A stretch of DNA of 63,626 bases, filler included, from Thraustochytrium aureum (lineage: Eukaryota), in assembly GCA_012862495.1 (NCBI GenBank). It is 5 parts of 4 records of this genome, joined end to end, with 100 filler letters (N's around TTAATTAATTAA, not from the genome) between each part and the next. Parts side by side here need not be neighbours in the genome. Positions count along the whole stretch, not along the records: positions 32,133 to 48,634 come from BLSG01000041.1; positions 48,735 to 59,529 come from BLSG01000041.1; 3 more parts are not named here. The stretch is one strand, 5' to 3'. This document shows, one piece after another, positions 44,028 through 55,951 of the stretch; within the stretch, counting starts at the first letter, position 1, and every line of letters starts with the position of its first letter. Under the pieces are notes generated by a model, which was not told the origin of the DNA, did not search any database, and saw only the letters and a program-made list of their open reading frames with translations. A program made the translations under genes and the position numbers.

Positions 44028-46521
44028 TCAAGCCTCGTCCTCAGACGACGACGAGATGTCCGAAAACCCCTCCTTGTCATCTGCCTCCGCCTGGTCCACC
44101 TCCAGCTCAACGTGCTCGAGCGATATGAACGGTGGGAGCTCATCCACCGCGTAGGTGTCGGCGACGACGCTCGAATCTTGTACGCGCACAAGGCGAAGAC
44201 GGCACGCCGAGTCCGAAGCGCAGAACGGCCCAGTGTGTGTGAAGCTTGTTCTAGCGTGCACGTCAGATTGAGGCTTGTGGGTCTTAGCAAACGACCTGGA
44301 CGCTCCTCCGCAAAGAACCATCTGCGTGCCAGCCTCCTGCAACTTGTCCAAGAAACGTTCTGCCACCTTTTGCGGGAGGACCACCTCACCGGCCTCGTTC
44401 AGCCCATCGCTAGCGGCGTCCAAAGTCCACGCGTGGTGGGAAACGACAATGACGTGCCGCGCACAAAGCTTGCCTTGCAGCACCTCGCTCTCAAACCACT
44501 CGGCGTGCTCTTGCGCAGAAGCGGAGACCTCGCCTTCCGGCGCGTCCAGCTCAGCGAGCAGAAAGGAATCGACGACGATCACAAGGACGCCGCCCACGTG
44601 CAGGCTGTAGTACCGCTCGCCAAAGCGGTCCTCAAAGTCCGCTCGCGAGTCCCTAGCGCAGACAATTGGGATGGCGCTGTCGAGGGCGCAAATGGCCGCT
44701 TGGTCGCCTCGGCGTCTTGTCCCAGCGCCCGCTAAAGACGACCAAGCGCGGCGTGGGCTGCAGCACGTTGAGACGGCGCATGGCGGCCTCTAGTTGCGCC
44801 GGGGTTGCGCCGGCGAGCGAACCGACGTGCACAACGAGGAAGGCGTCCGTGAACTTGCCCTGCTCTTGCTCTGACTGCCCGATGAACGTGTGAGAAGGCG
44901 TCGCACGGCGGAAGCGAGCCTCGGCGTCCGCCTCGAAGAACAGCCGAAAGACCCAAGGCTTGCCGAGGATGAGCCTCTGCGCCATGTAGCCCATCAAACG
45001 ATCCCGCACACGCGGCGCAACGTTGTTCGCCGCAAACACGCCCGTTGTCATCGCCCATGCAGGGACCGACGCCTTTCGTTTGGCCGTGTCGCCCGCAAGC
45101 TTTGCGTCCGGACCGTCGCTGCCGACTAGAAAGGGCTTGAGCGCGGCCTCCAGGCAGAGCTGGAAAAGCGTCGGGACGGGGACGATCGGCTTTTGCTGGA
45201 GTTGTGCAAAGTCAATCCCGGCAAAGTAGGGGTGACGCTTTATCGAGGCGTGCTCGTCCTTTGCGCCGAGGCGCTCTCCGGGGTCTTCCTTGAACATGGC
45301 TCGCAGCATGTCTTGCAGGTCCGCATCAAAGTAGCGCGGCATCGTGTACTTGAGCGCCTTGGTCTTGAGAAAGGTCAGGTACGGGCTGCTGCCCTTGAAG
45401 GGGAGCCGGCCGCTGTTGAGCTGGAAAACCGTGCTCCCGAGCGCCCACACATCGAGCGTCGGCGTCGGGTCGGCCTTGGCCGCAATGGCCTCGGGACTCA
45501 TGTACTCGGGCGTGCCCACAAACTTGGGGCCGTTCAGGTCTGCCTCGACCAGGTCGTAGGCCGTCCCAAAGTCGATCAGCTTGAGGAACTCGACGCGGCC
45601 GTTCGTGCCGGGGACAGGGCAGAGCATCATGTTTTCAGGCTTGATGTCGCGATGCACCACTCCGCTGAGCCGAAGGTAGTCGAGCGCGTTGACGACCTGG
45701 GCGGCGTAGAACCGAGCCAGGCTTGGCCGCAACGAGACCAAGCTGTTGCGGCCGAAGCGGAGCTTGGCCCACAGCTCGCCGCCCTCGCACAGCTCCTGCA
45801 CAAAGTAGAGCGCGCTGACGTCCTGCATCGTGTGGTATAGCTTGGCCACGTTTGGGTGGTTGAGGCGCAGCATGATGCGCTTTTCCATGCGCAGCTCGTT
45901 GTGGATGTTTGGGTGCCGCTTGGACATGCGCTCCACCTTGCTCTTGTCCACAGACTTGATTGCGAACAGCTCGCCGGTCTTCTTGAACACAACCTTTGTG
46001 ACCGTCGAGTAGTTGCCCTCTCCTAGCACGTCTTCCACTTGGAACATCGAGAGGCTCAGCTTTGTCGGGCAGCCCTTGATCGTCCCGTTTTCCTGCACGT
46101 ACTTGTCGATCTTGGCATGCGCCGATTGGTGGCCGGTCCGCGCGTCCAGCTCGTCAGCTTGGCGACGCAGAAACTTGTTCTCCGGGTCGCCGTCCAGTGC
46201 GACGTTGTACGCGTCGCGCGCCCTGTCCAGTTCCCCGAGCCCAACGAGAGCCTGTGCCTTCCTGTGGTGGCCTTTCGCCCACATGGGCTTCACGGCCAGG
46301 GACTGCTCTGCGTCCCGCAGCGCTTCAGTGAACCTGCCAAGCTTGTGCGAGGCCGCAGAACGATTCCCAAACAGCGTCGGCAACAGCTCGACCAGCTCGC
46401 CAGCGCCTTCGCCGACCAAGGCTGCAGTCGCTGCCGGGTTGGCGCCAGAAGAAGGAGGATTTCTCAGCAGCTCGACCGCCACGTCAATCGCCTCCGAGTA
46501 CCACCTCACCGCATCCTCCAT
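44028..46521 (-). CDS. TPR repeats + PDK1-like AGC kinase + degenerate CPPED1-like calcineurin-type phosphoesterase fusion; frameshift near 44700-44730; N-terminus may extend into gap
   Basis: TPR: LFGNRSAA…ALRDAEQSL…WAKGHHRKAQAL. Kinase: LGEGNYSTV, FAIK, HRDIKPEN, DFGTA, FVGTPEYMSPE. CPPED1-like: LNVLQPTPRLVVFSG, LDSAIPIVC, FGERYYSLHVGGV and HVIVVSHH. Confidence 0.85.
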
Positions 46522-47422
46522 CTCCCNNNNNNNNNNNNNNNNNNNNNNNNNNNNNNNNNNNNNNNNNNNNNNNNNNNNNNNNNNNNNNNNNNNNNNNNNN
46601 NNNNNNNNNNNNNNNNNNNNNNNNNNNNNNNNNNNNNNNNNNNNNNNNNNNNNNNNNNNNNNNNNNNNNNNNNNNNNNNNNNNNNNNNNNNNNNNNNNNN
46701 NNNNNNNNNNNNNNNNNNNNNNNNNNNNNNNNNNNNNNNNNNNNNNNNNNNNNNNNNNNNNNNNNNNNNNNNNNNNNNNNNNNNNNNNNNNNNNNNNNNN
46801 NNNNNNNNNNNNNNNNNNNNNNNNNNNNNNNNNNNNNNNNNNNNNNNNNNNNNNNNNNNNNNNNNNNNNNNNNNNNNNNNNNNNNNNNNNNNNNNNNNNN
46901 NNNNNNNNNNNNNNNNNNNNNNNNNNNNNNNNNNNNNNNNNNNNNNNNNNNNNNNNNNNNNNNNNNNNNNNNNNNNNNNNNNNNNNNNNNNNNNNNNNNN
47001 NNNNNNNNNNNNNNNNNNNNNNNNNNNNNNNNNNNNNNNNNNNNNNNNNNNNNNNNNNNNNNNNNNNNNNNNNNNNNNNNNNNNNNNNNNNNNNNNNNNN
47101 NNNNNNNNNNNNNNNNNNNNNNNNNNNNNNNNNNNNNNNNNNNNNNNNNNNNNNNNNNNNNNNNNNNNNNNNNNNNNNNNNNNNNNNNNNNNNNNNNNNN
47201 NNNNNNNNNNNNNNNNNNNNNNNNNNNNNNNNNNNNNNNNNNNNNNNNNNNNNNNNNNNNNNNNNNNNNNNNAGGTGGCTGTCAGGCTGGCTGGCTGGCC
47301 GGCTGGCTGGCGCGCACGGTTGTGGACGGCGCTTCGGGAGCTCGGCGGCGCCAGGGCTTGGTGGACGGGCTTACATACTGGGCTTTTACGGTCCAGCGTT
47401 GTCTTGTGCTCTCTAGAGCTAG

Positions 47423-47986
47423 CTAGAGCTCGCTTGCTTGCTTCGCTCCTGCGCTGCGCTTGCGCCCGTAGGGCCGTCGATTAGCCATGCCCAAGCAGGC
47501 GCACAGCGAAGAGGCACCGGGCTCGTCGCGGCCCGCACAACGCAGACTTTGGCTTGGCGGCCGCGCCGCGCTGCTGTCAACCTGAGCGCCCGCCGCGCGG
47601 ACGGCCTCGCCGTGCACTAGCGAGCGGCCCTCGCGGTCCGCCACCTGGAAGAGGCCACTGCTGAGCAGACTGTCGAAGAGCTCGCCGATTCGGCGCGCGT
47701 CCGGCGTGCTGCTGCCGAAGATTTGCATCACTCCGTTGTGGCCTCGCTCGTTCAGGTTTGACACCACCTCCTTCAGCGCATCCGAGCCGACTGGCTCGCC
47801 GATAACCCTGATCAGCTCTTTGGCCACACCATACCTCTTCAAGCGAATCAACGCTTGTAGAGCATTGTCGCCGGTCCCTGGGCTGACCGAGCAGTGCTGC
47901 GCGGATGACGCAGGATTCGCCTTGCCTTTCTGCTCGCCTTCTTCGCCCGTCTTCCCGCAGGCCGAGCTCGACCGACGAGCCGACAA
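47423..47986 (-). CDS. Hypothetical protein with weak ankyrin-like repeats; boundaries uncertain
   Basis: GDNALQALIR, NERGHNGVM and DREGRSLVH resemble ankyrin repeat starts. Confidence 0.35.
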   Translation of the reverse strand: MSARRSSSACGKTGEEGEQKGKANPASSAQHCSVSPGTGDNALQALIRLKRYGVAKELIRVIGEPVGSDALKEVVSNLNERGHNGVMQIFGSSTPDARRIGELFDSLLSSGLFQVADREGRSLVHGEAVRAAGAQVDSSAARPPSQSLRCAGRDEPGASSLCACLGMANRRPYGRKRSAGAKQASEL

Positions 47987-48227
47987 TGCGTCCCTCCTGG
48001 CGCACTTGAGGAACGAGTGCTGAAAGCGAACCGAGGCGGCGATCGATCGAGGTTGGTCGCCCAGCGGCGTCCATGACGTCTCGCCGATGTCCGACCAAAC
48101 GGGTCGAAACGGTCATCTGTCTTTTGCGCGTGGGCATTGGGTGCCAGCCACCTCAGGTCCCTGTCCTTCCCTCCTCCCTCCCTCCCTCCCTCATCAGCTT
48201 GGTGGCGACGAGGCACGCGAGCAGAAG

Positions 48228-48366
48228 AGCAACGCAGCAACGCGGCCAAGCAACGCGGCCAAGCAACGCGGCCAAGCAACGCGCCAAAGCAACGCGGCCA
48301 AGCAACGCGCCAAAGCAACGCCCAAAGCAACGCGCCAAAGCAACGCGCCAAAGCAACGCGCAACGC
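48228..48366. repeat. 13-bp minisatellite AGCAACGCGGCCA/AGCAACGCGCCAA, about 10 copies
   Basis: Read directly; variant units are interspersed. Confidence 0.95.
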
Positions 48367-48460
48367 TGAGCTGGAGCCAGACGTCCACGTCGAGCAGTGG
48401 CCGGAGTTTGGCGCTGGCTGCGCGAGCCACGTCGTGCGGCGGCTGCCAGCGGACGCGGCG

Positions 48461-48634
48461 ATGGACTTGTACGTGGAGTGCAGGCAGGTGGAAGGAAGCG
48501 CGATCAAGCGGTGGCAAAAGGGCCAGCTCCTTGGGAAAGGCGCGTTTGGCAGCGTGTACTTGGGCCTCAACGCAGATACCGGGGAGCTGTTTGCTGTCAA
48601 GCAGATCGAGGACTTTGACGACTCGCCGGGCGGC
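48461..48634 (+). CDS. STE11/MEKK-type MAP3K, start of kinase domain, truncated at scaffold end; start uncertain
   Basis: [33 protein letters not shown]. Confidence 0.8.
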
Positions 48635-48734
48635 NNNNNNNNNNNNNNNNNNNNNNNNNNNNNNNNNNNNNNNNNNNNTTAATTAATTAANNNNNNNNNN
48701 NNNNNNNNNNNNNNNNNNNNNNNNNNNNNNNNNN
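48635..48734. other. Artificial scaffold-joining spacer
   Basis: 44 N + TTAATTAATTAA (48679-48690) + 44 N. Confidence 0.97.
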
Positions 48735-49631
48735 GGGGAAAGCGCCAGAGCCAGCAGCACGCACCGGTCCTGCCAATGTTTGCCAGCGAGGCCGCGGCGG
48801 CTCGTGCCAGGGTCCGTGATGTCGTTCGGGCATCAACGTCTGCGGAGCGTGGTGGTCTCGCGGTTCCCGCTGCGCTTGCTCAAAATTTGGCGCAAGGGCA
48901 GGGTCTCGTGCAAGCAAAGCCCAAAGGCAACGGCGACCCGCGGTTCGCTCGCACTCCGCGGGCCAAATCTCGCGGGGTTCGGCGCGGAGACCTCGAGCCG
49001 CTTGCGGTCTGCACGAGCCCGAGGGACATTGCCGGAAACCACGGTAGAGACTTGCTCAATGTAACGCCCTCCTCGCAAACGGGCAGGCCATTTGCGCGAA
49101 GCGCGAGCAGCGCGACAACCCCAGTGCGACGCGCGAAGCCATTCAAGGGCGAAGAGGGGGTCGCCGAGTCTTCGCAACGCCTTTTGCAATGCAGGACGAA
49201 CACGCCAAAGGGTGCAAGCGTGCGGAAACTCGTCCAGCCCGAGCATTTTAACGCACCTGAAGGCTTCGACTTTGGCCTTGCTCGCCCAGCCAAGTCTGAT
49301 GGGCGCGCACCTTGTGGCGGGCCACAGACCCCGTTGAGTGGACGTCGTTAGAGAGCCTGCCCAAGAATTGCGCCAGCCGCACGACCCGCGCTCGGGCGGC
49401 TTTCGGGCTGGAATTGGCGGTGCTTGACCGAAGTGTAGCTTATCGAGCGGCGTGCAGTACGCGGCCCAAAAAATCCATTTCGTTGTTTGCTGGTCACAGT
49501 GTGTTTGCTGGTCACAGTGGTCTGGCATTTTTGGCGGCAGCCCAAGCCAGTCGCTCGGGCGCGAGGTGCAGCCACCACCAAGCAACCACATTGTCTACCT
49601 TTTAATTAAGCCGCCCTGCGAAAGCTCCAAG

Positions 49632-52098
49632 CTAATCGAGCGAGCCATAGCTCACGTAGCCCGAGCTAGCATAGCCGCCCGATTGAGGGCTGTCGAGCGC
49701 GCCGCGGCGCTGGTTGAGCAGCGTTTGGGTAGGGAATTGCGCGTCGTTGGTGGCCCCAATCCCAGGGTTGGCAGACCGAAGACCATTCCTCGCCTTGCGC
49801 AAGCCGGGGATCTTGCCGGTGACGTGCCCATTGGCCCTCGCGCTGCTGGACGGCTTTGCAACGTGGTTTCCCAACGTCGCCTCCGCCTTGCCCGTGGCGC
49901 CAACGGCAGCGCCTGCCAAAGCCAGGCTGCCTCCCCCATCCCCGTCGCTGGCGCCAGGCTTGCCGACCAACGGTGCGTAGAGCTCCGGCGCCCCGCCCGA
50001 CTGGCGCCAGGCGTCGAGGCCGACGCGCCCCACGAAGAATACGTAGAATGCGCCAACAAGGACAACCACGAGGGCCTGCAGCGGGGGCATACTCCCTAGC
50101 TCCACAGAGTTGCAGACGAGATAGGCGTTGATGGAGAGAACGATGCCGCAGGCGGCCCACCCCATGGTCCTCACCATGCGGCCATTGGCAAACGACCCCA
50201 TGAACTGGGACGATCCCGTGAACGCCAAGAGCGGCAGCAACGCGAACGGGAGCTGCAAGCTCTGCAGGACGTTGAGCGTTTCGTCCAAGCGGTCTGCGGC
50301 GAGGTAGTCCGAGTTGGCCAGGACTGCGACGAGGGTGGCCGGAACGAGCGAGATGGCGCGCGTGAGCCCGACGCGGACCCAGTTGGGGATCTCAAGCTGC
50401 AGAAAGCCCTCCATCACGAACTGCCCTGCGTACGTGCCCGTCATCGTGGATGATTGGCCAGCAGCGAGCAAGCCTATTGCCCACATGATGGAGGCGCCTT
50501 TGCCCAGGAAGGCCTCCAACGCATGCGCGGCGCCCTGAAGCCCAATCGGCATGCACGTTCCCTCAACGCCGCTCTCAGTCGCACAGGCTATCGGCGAGAC
50601 TTGCGCCTCGGCATCCGTGTGATGCAGCACAGACTTTGGTACACAGGCAAAAGGCGGCTCGACCATGACGCCCGAGGGTGTCAGCCGGAGAGGCTCGTTG
50701 ACGACTTGGCAGTCGTTGCTGTAAAAGCCGTGGGCGAAGACGGCCACGACCGCTATGTTGATCAGCAGCGAGACAAAGAGCGCGAGCCCTGCTTCGATGG
50801 CAAAGTACTTGTTTGCTTCGCTGACCTTGGACGGTCGCGCGCGGTCCACGTCGCGGGAGAGCACCAGCGCAGAANNNNNNNNNNNNNNNNNNNNNNNNNN
50901 NNNNNNNNNNNNNNNNNNNNNNNNNNNNNNNNNNNNNNNNNNNNNNNNNNNNNNNNNNNNNNNNNNNNNNNNNNNNNNNNNNNNNNNNNNNNNNNNNNNN
51001 NNNNNNNNNNNNNNNNNNNNNNNNNNNNNNNNNNNNNNNNNNNNNNNNNNNNNNNNNNNNNNNNNNNNNNNNNNNNNNNNNNNNNNNNNNNNNNNNNNNN
51101 NNNNNNNNNNNNNNNGTGAGGCATGACGACAGCGCCCAGGATCGAGACGGCCTGCACGGTGGCCTGCTCGTGCACGTACGGCACGAACAGGCCCTCCAGC
51201 ATTTGCGCAGGGTCCGCTGGCGAGGAAAAGAAGGTCGCAAAAAAAGCAGAGACACATGGCCGCGATGAGGAGCACGAAGAACAGCTCGAGCTGCCGCACG
51301 CCGATGATGTGCAGGCCCAGAAACGTCAGAGTGTCCAGGCCAGTAACTAGGCAGCCGGCCCACAGCGGGATGCCGAGCAGGACACGGAACGCGATCGCGG
51401 AGCCCACAATCTCCTGGATGTCGCTCCCAATGATCGCCAGCTGCATCATGGCGTAAAGTGCCCAAGTGTCGCGCTTGCTGTAGTGCTCGCGGCAGTTTTC
51501 TGCGAGATTCTTCCCCGTCGCGACGCCGAGGCGCGCTGCCAGGACCTGGAGGAAGAATCCGAGAAGCGTCGAAATCGAGAGAACCCACAGCAACTGGTAC
51601 CCAGAGTAACCTCCCGCTTGGAGGTCGCTCTCGATATTCCCCGGGTCCAAGTAGGCTACGGACATGAGCCAGCCCGGGCCAGTGTATGCCCAGAACAACT
51701 TCCAGCGAAACCAGGGCTGCTTGCCAGCCTTGGGCCCATGTGGTGACGAGGCCCAGCTTGCGCCACCGCCGGAGACGCCGCGCTCGAGGGGGGCTCCAGA
51801 TCCTGCGAGCGGGCTGCCGAGCGGCGAGGCTGCGCCGAGGAAACTCTGCGCTTCCTCGGCCCCCTCCTCCTTTACCCCGAAGAGGCCGCCGAACTCTGGA
51901 TCGAGCTCGTCGTCCTGGCCGTCCACATCCGTTGCGGTCCCATCGTCTGGAATGTGCACTTGGTGCATGCGGTCAAAAGAGAACGAGGTTTTTGTCAAAA
52001 TGTCCAGGTCATAGGACGTCGGGCTCCAGGCTGTGCTACGTGAGGAGGCAGCGTCCCAGCTCAACCGCCTGACTTTGATGGCGCCGCAGGCAACGAAC
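49632..52098 (-). CDS. NRAMP: NRAMP/SLC11 divalent metal transporter; one gap, one homopolymer frameshift, start uncertain
   Basis: GPGWLMSVAYLDPGNIESDLQAG, AIIGSDIQE, GAVVMPH (alternate frame), GQSSTMTGTYAGQFVMEGF and LNVLQSLQLPFAL. Removing one base from A7 at 51239-51245 restores the frame. Confidence 0.95.
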
Positions 52099-54646
52099 NN
52101 NNNNNNNNNNNNNNNNNNNNNNNNNNNNNNNNNNNNNNNNNNNNNNNNNNNNNNNNNNNNNNNNNNNNNNNNNNNNNNNNNNNNNNNNNNNNNNNNNNNN
52201 NNNNNNNNNNNNNNNNNNNNNNNNNNNNNNNNNNNNNNNNNNNNNNNNNNNNNNNNNNNNNNNNNNNNNNNNNNNNNNNNNNNNNNNNNNNNNNNNNNNN
52301 NNNNNNNNNNNNNNNNNNNNNNNNNNNNNNNNNNNNNNNNNNNNNNNNNNNNNNNNNNNNNNNNNNNNNNNNNNNNNNNNNNNNNNNNNNNNNNNNNNNN
52401 NNNNNNNNNNNNNNNNNNNNNNNNNNNNNNNNNNNNNNNNNNNNNNNNNNNNNNNNNNNNNNNNNNNNNNNNNNNNNNNNNNNNNNNNNNNNNNNNNNNN
52501 NNNNNNNNNNNNNNNNNNNNNNNNNNNNNNNNNNNNNNNNNNNNNNNNNNNNNNNNNNNNNNNNNNNNNNNNNNNNNNNNNNNNNNNNNNNNNNNNNNNN
52601 NNNNNNNNNNNNNNNNNNNNNNNNNNNNNNNNNNNNNNNNNNNNNNNNNNNNNNNNNNNNNNNNNNNNNNNNNNNNNNNNNNNNNNNNNNNNNNNNNNNN
52701 NNNNNNNNNNNNNNNNNNNNNNNNNNNNNNNNNNNNNNNNNNNNNNNNNNNNNNNNNNNNNNNNNNNNNNNNNNNNNNNNNNNNNNNNNNNNNNNNNNNN
52801 NNNCACCCTGGCGAATACGCTGGCGTGACGAAGCAGAGATGGTGAGTTAGCGGTTGCGAAGCTCGCGTCGCCTGCGTGCTCGCCCGGTAGTTTCTCTCCG
52901 CAGCTGTCCTGCGCGCCTGGGCGACGGGGTGACTGACGGCGCAATGCTGAGCCAGGGCGCTCCCGGGAGAGACGGATGGGAACGGCGTCATTCACTACTT
53001 TTATTCGTGCTGCGGCAGTGGTGACCGTGAGGCGCCGGGCTGCAGGGAAGGCGCCCACGCGTCGTTCAGCGACCCAGAGCCGGTGCTCGAGTTCGAGGAC
53101 TGCTAGCTGGCTCCTCCCCTTTAGGAGGGGCCACGCTCATTGCGGCTCGGTCGCGGCCCAGCTGCCTCGCAGCTCGAGGGGGAGCAGAAGCGCGCGCCGT
53201 GCAACTCAAGGAGGAGGTGCGACGCGCGCGCGGCTTGCAGCTCGAGCGGTTCCCTCTGCAAGCCCCGACCAGAACAAGCCGCGCACCCGCTTTTTCAATC
53301 AAAGACTAGCCTAGGTACTGAGAAGGTCTGATTCGCAGATTGATGTTTGTAGATTACCCGTGCGTCCTGTCAGGGCGCATGCCCCGACAGCGCAAGGCGA
53401 ACGGGCTTCGCGGCCAGCTCAGCCGTGCATGTTGAAGAAGTTGAGTTGCGCGCAACATGGCGCCCCCGCCATCACGCGCCACCGGCGTCCCATGACCGAG
53501 CATTCTATCACAACACCAAAAACACCCCGCGAGCGCGGCAACAGGCCCGTGCGAGCTGGGCCGTACGTACACGGCGCTCGCTCTCAGTGGCAAGCAGTCC
53601 GCTCCAGCTCTGCCTCGTCGAGTAGCCCTTCTCCAATCGCGCGCTGCGCCCTGCGAGGCGCCCGTCGACATACTTGCTCGGCAGCCCAGCGAAAGGCCGT
53701 GCGCCCTTGGCCAAGGTCGCGGGCATCATGCGGCCGCCATCCTGGCCCAAGCCCAGCAGACCACCGGTGCCATCGGCATCAACTCGCCACATCGACGCAA
53801 GCTTCTCCGCGACGCCATCGCGGCAGCCAGCCAGCGCCTTGCACGCCACCCTGCCGCAACGATCACCGAGAAAAGTCCTCGCCTCGACAAACCCACATCC
53901 CGGGGGCCCCTCTCTNNNNNNNNNNNNNNNNNNNNNNNNNNNNNNNNNNNNNNNNNNNNNNNNNNNNNNNNNNNNNNNNNNNNNNNNNNNNNNNNNNNNN
54001 NNNNNNNNNNNNNNNNNNNNNNNNNNNNNNNNNNNNNNNNNNNNNNNNNNNNNNNNNNNNNNNNNNNNNNNNNNNNNNNNNNNNNNNNNNNNNNNNNNNN
54101 NNNNNNNNNNNNNNNNNNNNNNNNNNNNNNNNNNNNNNNNNNNNNNNNNNNNNNNNNNNNNNNNNNNNNNNNNNNNNNNNNNNNNNNNNNNNNNNNNNNN
54201 NNNNNNNNNNNNNNNNNNNNNNNNNNNNNNNNNNNNNNNNNNNNNNNNNNNNNNNNNNNNNNNNNNNNNNNNNNNNNNNNNNNNNNNNNNNNNNNNNNNN
54301 NNNNNNNNNNNNNNNNNNNNNNNNNNNNNNNNNNNNNNNNNNNNNNNNNNNNNNNNNNNNNNNNNNNNNNNNNNNNNNNNNNNNNNNNNNNNNNNNNNNN
54401 NNNNNNNNNNNNNNNNNNNNNNNNNNNNNNNNNNNNNNNNNNNNNNNNNNNGGGGGAGGGCGCCGTGGAAGGCGACGGTCGACGGTGCGCGGGACGACGC
54501 GCGTTAGGCGCGCAGGGGACGGCGCGCGGCGGCGGTGGGCGTGGACGCCGTCGTGTTGGAGGTGATCGTGGAAGCCGCGGTCGGCTGTGCTCGGCGGCGT
54601 GGACGGCGGCGTGGAAGGACGGTCGGGCGGGCGGGCGGGCGCCAGT

Positions 54647-55951
54647 ATGGAGACGAGAGCTGCGCCGGCGAGAGAACACCTGCAGAGGCTCGCGAGGGCG
54701 GCAGGGTTGGGCGAGGAGCAAGTGGGAATGCCCAGGCGCGAGCTTTTCGAGCTGCTTGAGGCCAGGTTCGGGATAGAGCGCCTCGAGCGTCGCACGAGGC
54801 GCGAGGCCCTGGTTGAAGGCATCGAAAGTAGGCTCGTTACGCAAACCGACGCTTCCCGGACTGGCGCGGACGAGAACGTTTCAAGCTTTACCGAAGAACC
54901 GATCGCTCGTCGCACGCGGCACGCCACTGCGCAGGCGCTGGGAGGGGACGAGAACGAAGAGAAGCTCAACCCGGGCAAGAGGCGCAGGGTAGCGAGTCCG
55001 GAACCTCGCAGCCCAAAGCGGGCTCGCCATGCGCGCCAGCTCGGGCCCAGAACGCCGACGTTGGGCCAGGCAGTCGCCGGGTCCGAGCCCTGGTCCGCTT
55101 CCAGCGCCCGTAGCGCGCCGAGTATCAGCAGCTCGAGCAGTAGCAGCAGCTCGAGTAGCAGCAGCAGCAGCAGCAGCTCGAGCAGCGCCGCGCCGGCGAC
55201 AAGCTCTCCCAACGGACCAGAGCGGGCCGCGCCGCAGCCGCCCGGGCGGTCTTCGGAGGCCAACGTTGGGGCGGCAGCAGCACCTGCGACGCCGCGCCGC
55301 GGAGCTGCGTCTCGCACCCGGGACAAGCCGCGCGCACAAGCTGCGGATAAAACGCCAATTAAAAGGGAGCGAGGCGGCGTCGAGGTAGACCCCATCACCT
55401 TGGAGCGCATCGATCCGGCGCGCCGCTTCGAGTTTACCCGCGCCAACGGCACGGTCGCTGTGTTCGATGGCGTCGCTCTTGTGGACTACATGCTGGCTTC
55501 CGGCGACTTTACTGACCCGCTCAGCCGCATTCCGTTTTCGCCCGCGGACCTGAACGAGCTCGACATCATAGCCGCCAAGGCGGGCGGCCAGAGGGAGAGC
55601 GTCCGAAAGGCGTCGCAGAACAGAAAGCGGTACTGCGCGGCCAAGTCGGACAGGGACGCCACCTTGGGGCTCGAGCGATTCCTTGGCGAGCTCGTCTGCA
55701 GCATGCTTGACCTCATCGAAGCGGTCAACGCGCAGGAACTGAGTGCGGAGGAGGCCGAGAACCAGCTCATGAACGAGTTTCTGCCAACATTCCACCTCAA
55801 CTTTCAGCTGCTGGTGCGGCGAGATGCCGGCTTTGCAAAGCAGTGCCTCGAGCAGTATGCAAGCTTTCTGCAGGGGCCGCCCAACCGGCTGACGGGGAAC
55901 CGGCTCAGTTTCCGTGACTTTGTCCTCGGAATTGTTAGAATGCACGCCTAA
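54647..55951 (+). CDS. Hypothetical protein: helical N-terminal module, poly-Ser linker, degenerate U-box/RING-like domain, helical C-terminus
   Basis: DPITLE…ALVDYMLASGDFTDPLSRIPFS has the DPI…L..Y……DP.TR.P pattern of U-box-like folds. Basic NLS-like GKRRR. Confidence 0.6.
   Translation: METRAAPAREHLQRLARAAGLGEEQVGMPRRELFELLEARFGIERLERRTRREALVEGIESRLVTQTDASRTGADENVSSFTEEPIARRTRHATAQALGGDENEEKLNPGKRRRVASPEPRSPKRARHARQLGPRTPTLGQAVAGSEPWSASSARSAPSISSSSSSSSSSSSSSSSSSSSAAPATSSPNGPERAAPQPPGRSSEANVGAAAAPATPRRGAASRTRDKPRAQAADKTPIKRERGGVEVDPITLERIDPARRFEFTRANGTVAVFDGVALVDYMLASGDFTDPLSRIPFSPADLNELDIIAAKAGGQRESVRKASQNRKRYCAAKSDRDATLGLERFLGELVCSMLDLIEAVNAQELSAEEAENQLMNEFLPTFHLNFQLLVRRDAGFAKQCLEQYASFLQGPPNRLTGNRLSFRDFVLGIVRMHA

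Noticed and set aside
53725..53915. GINSPHRRKLLRDAI resembling a SAM domain helix
   Set aside because: No start codon or rest of the domain in frame; too short to support.
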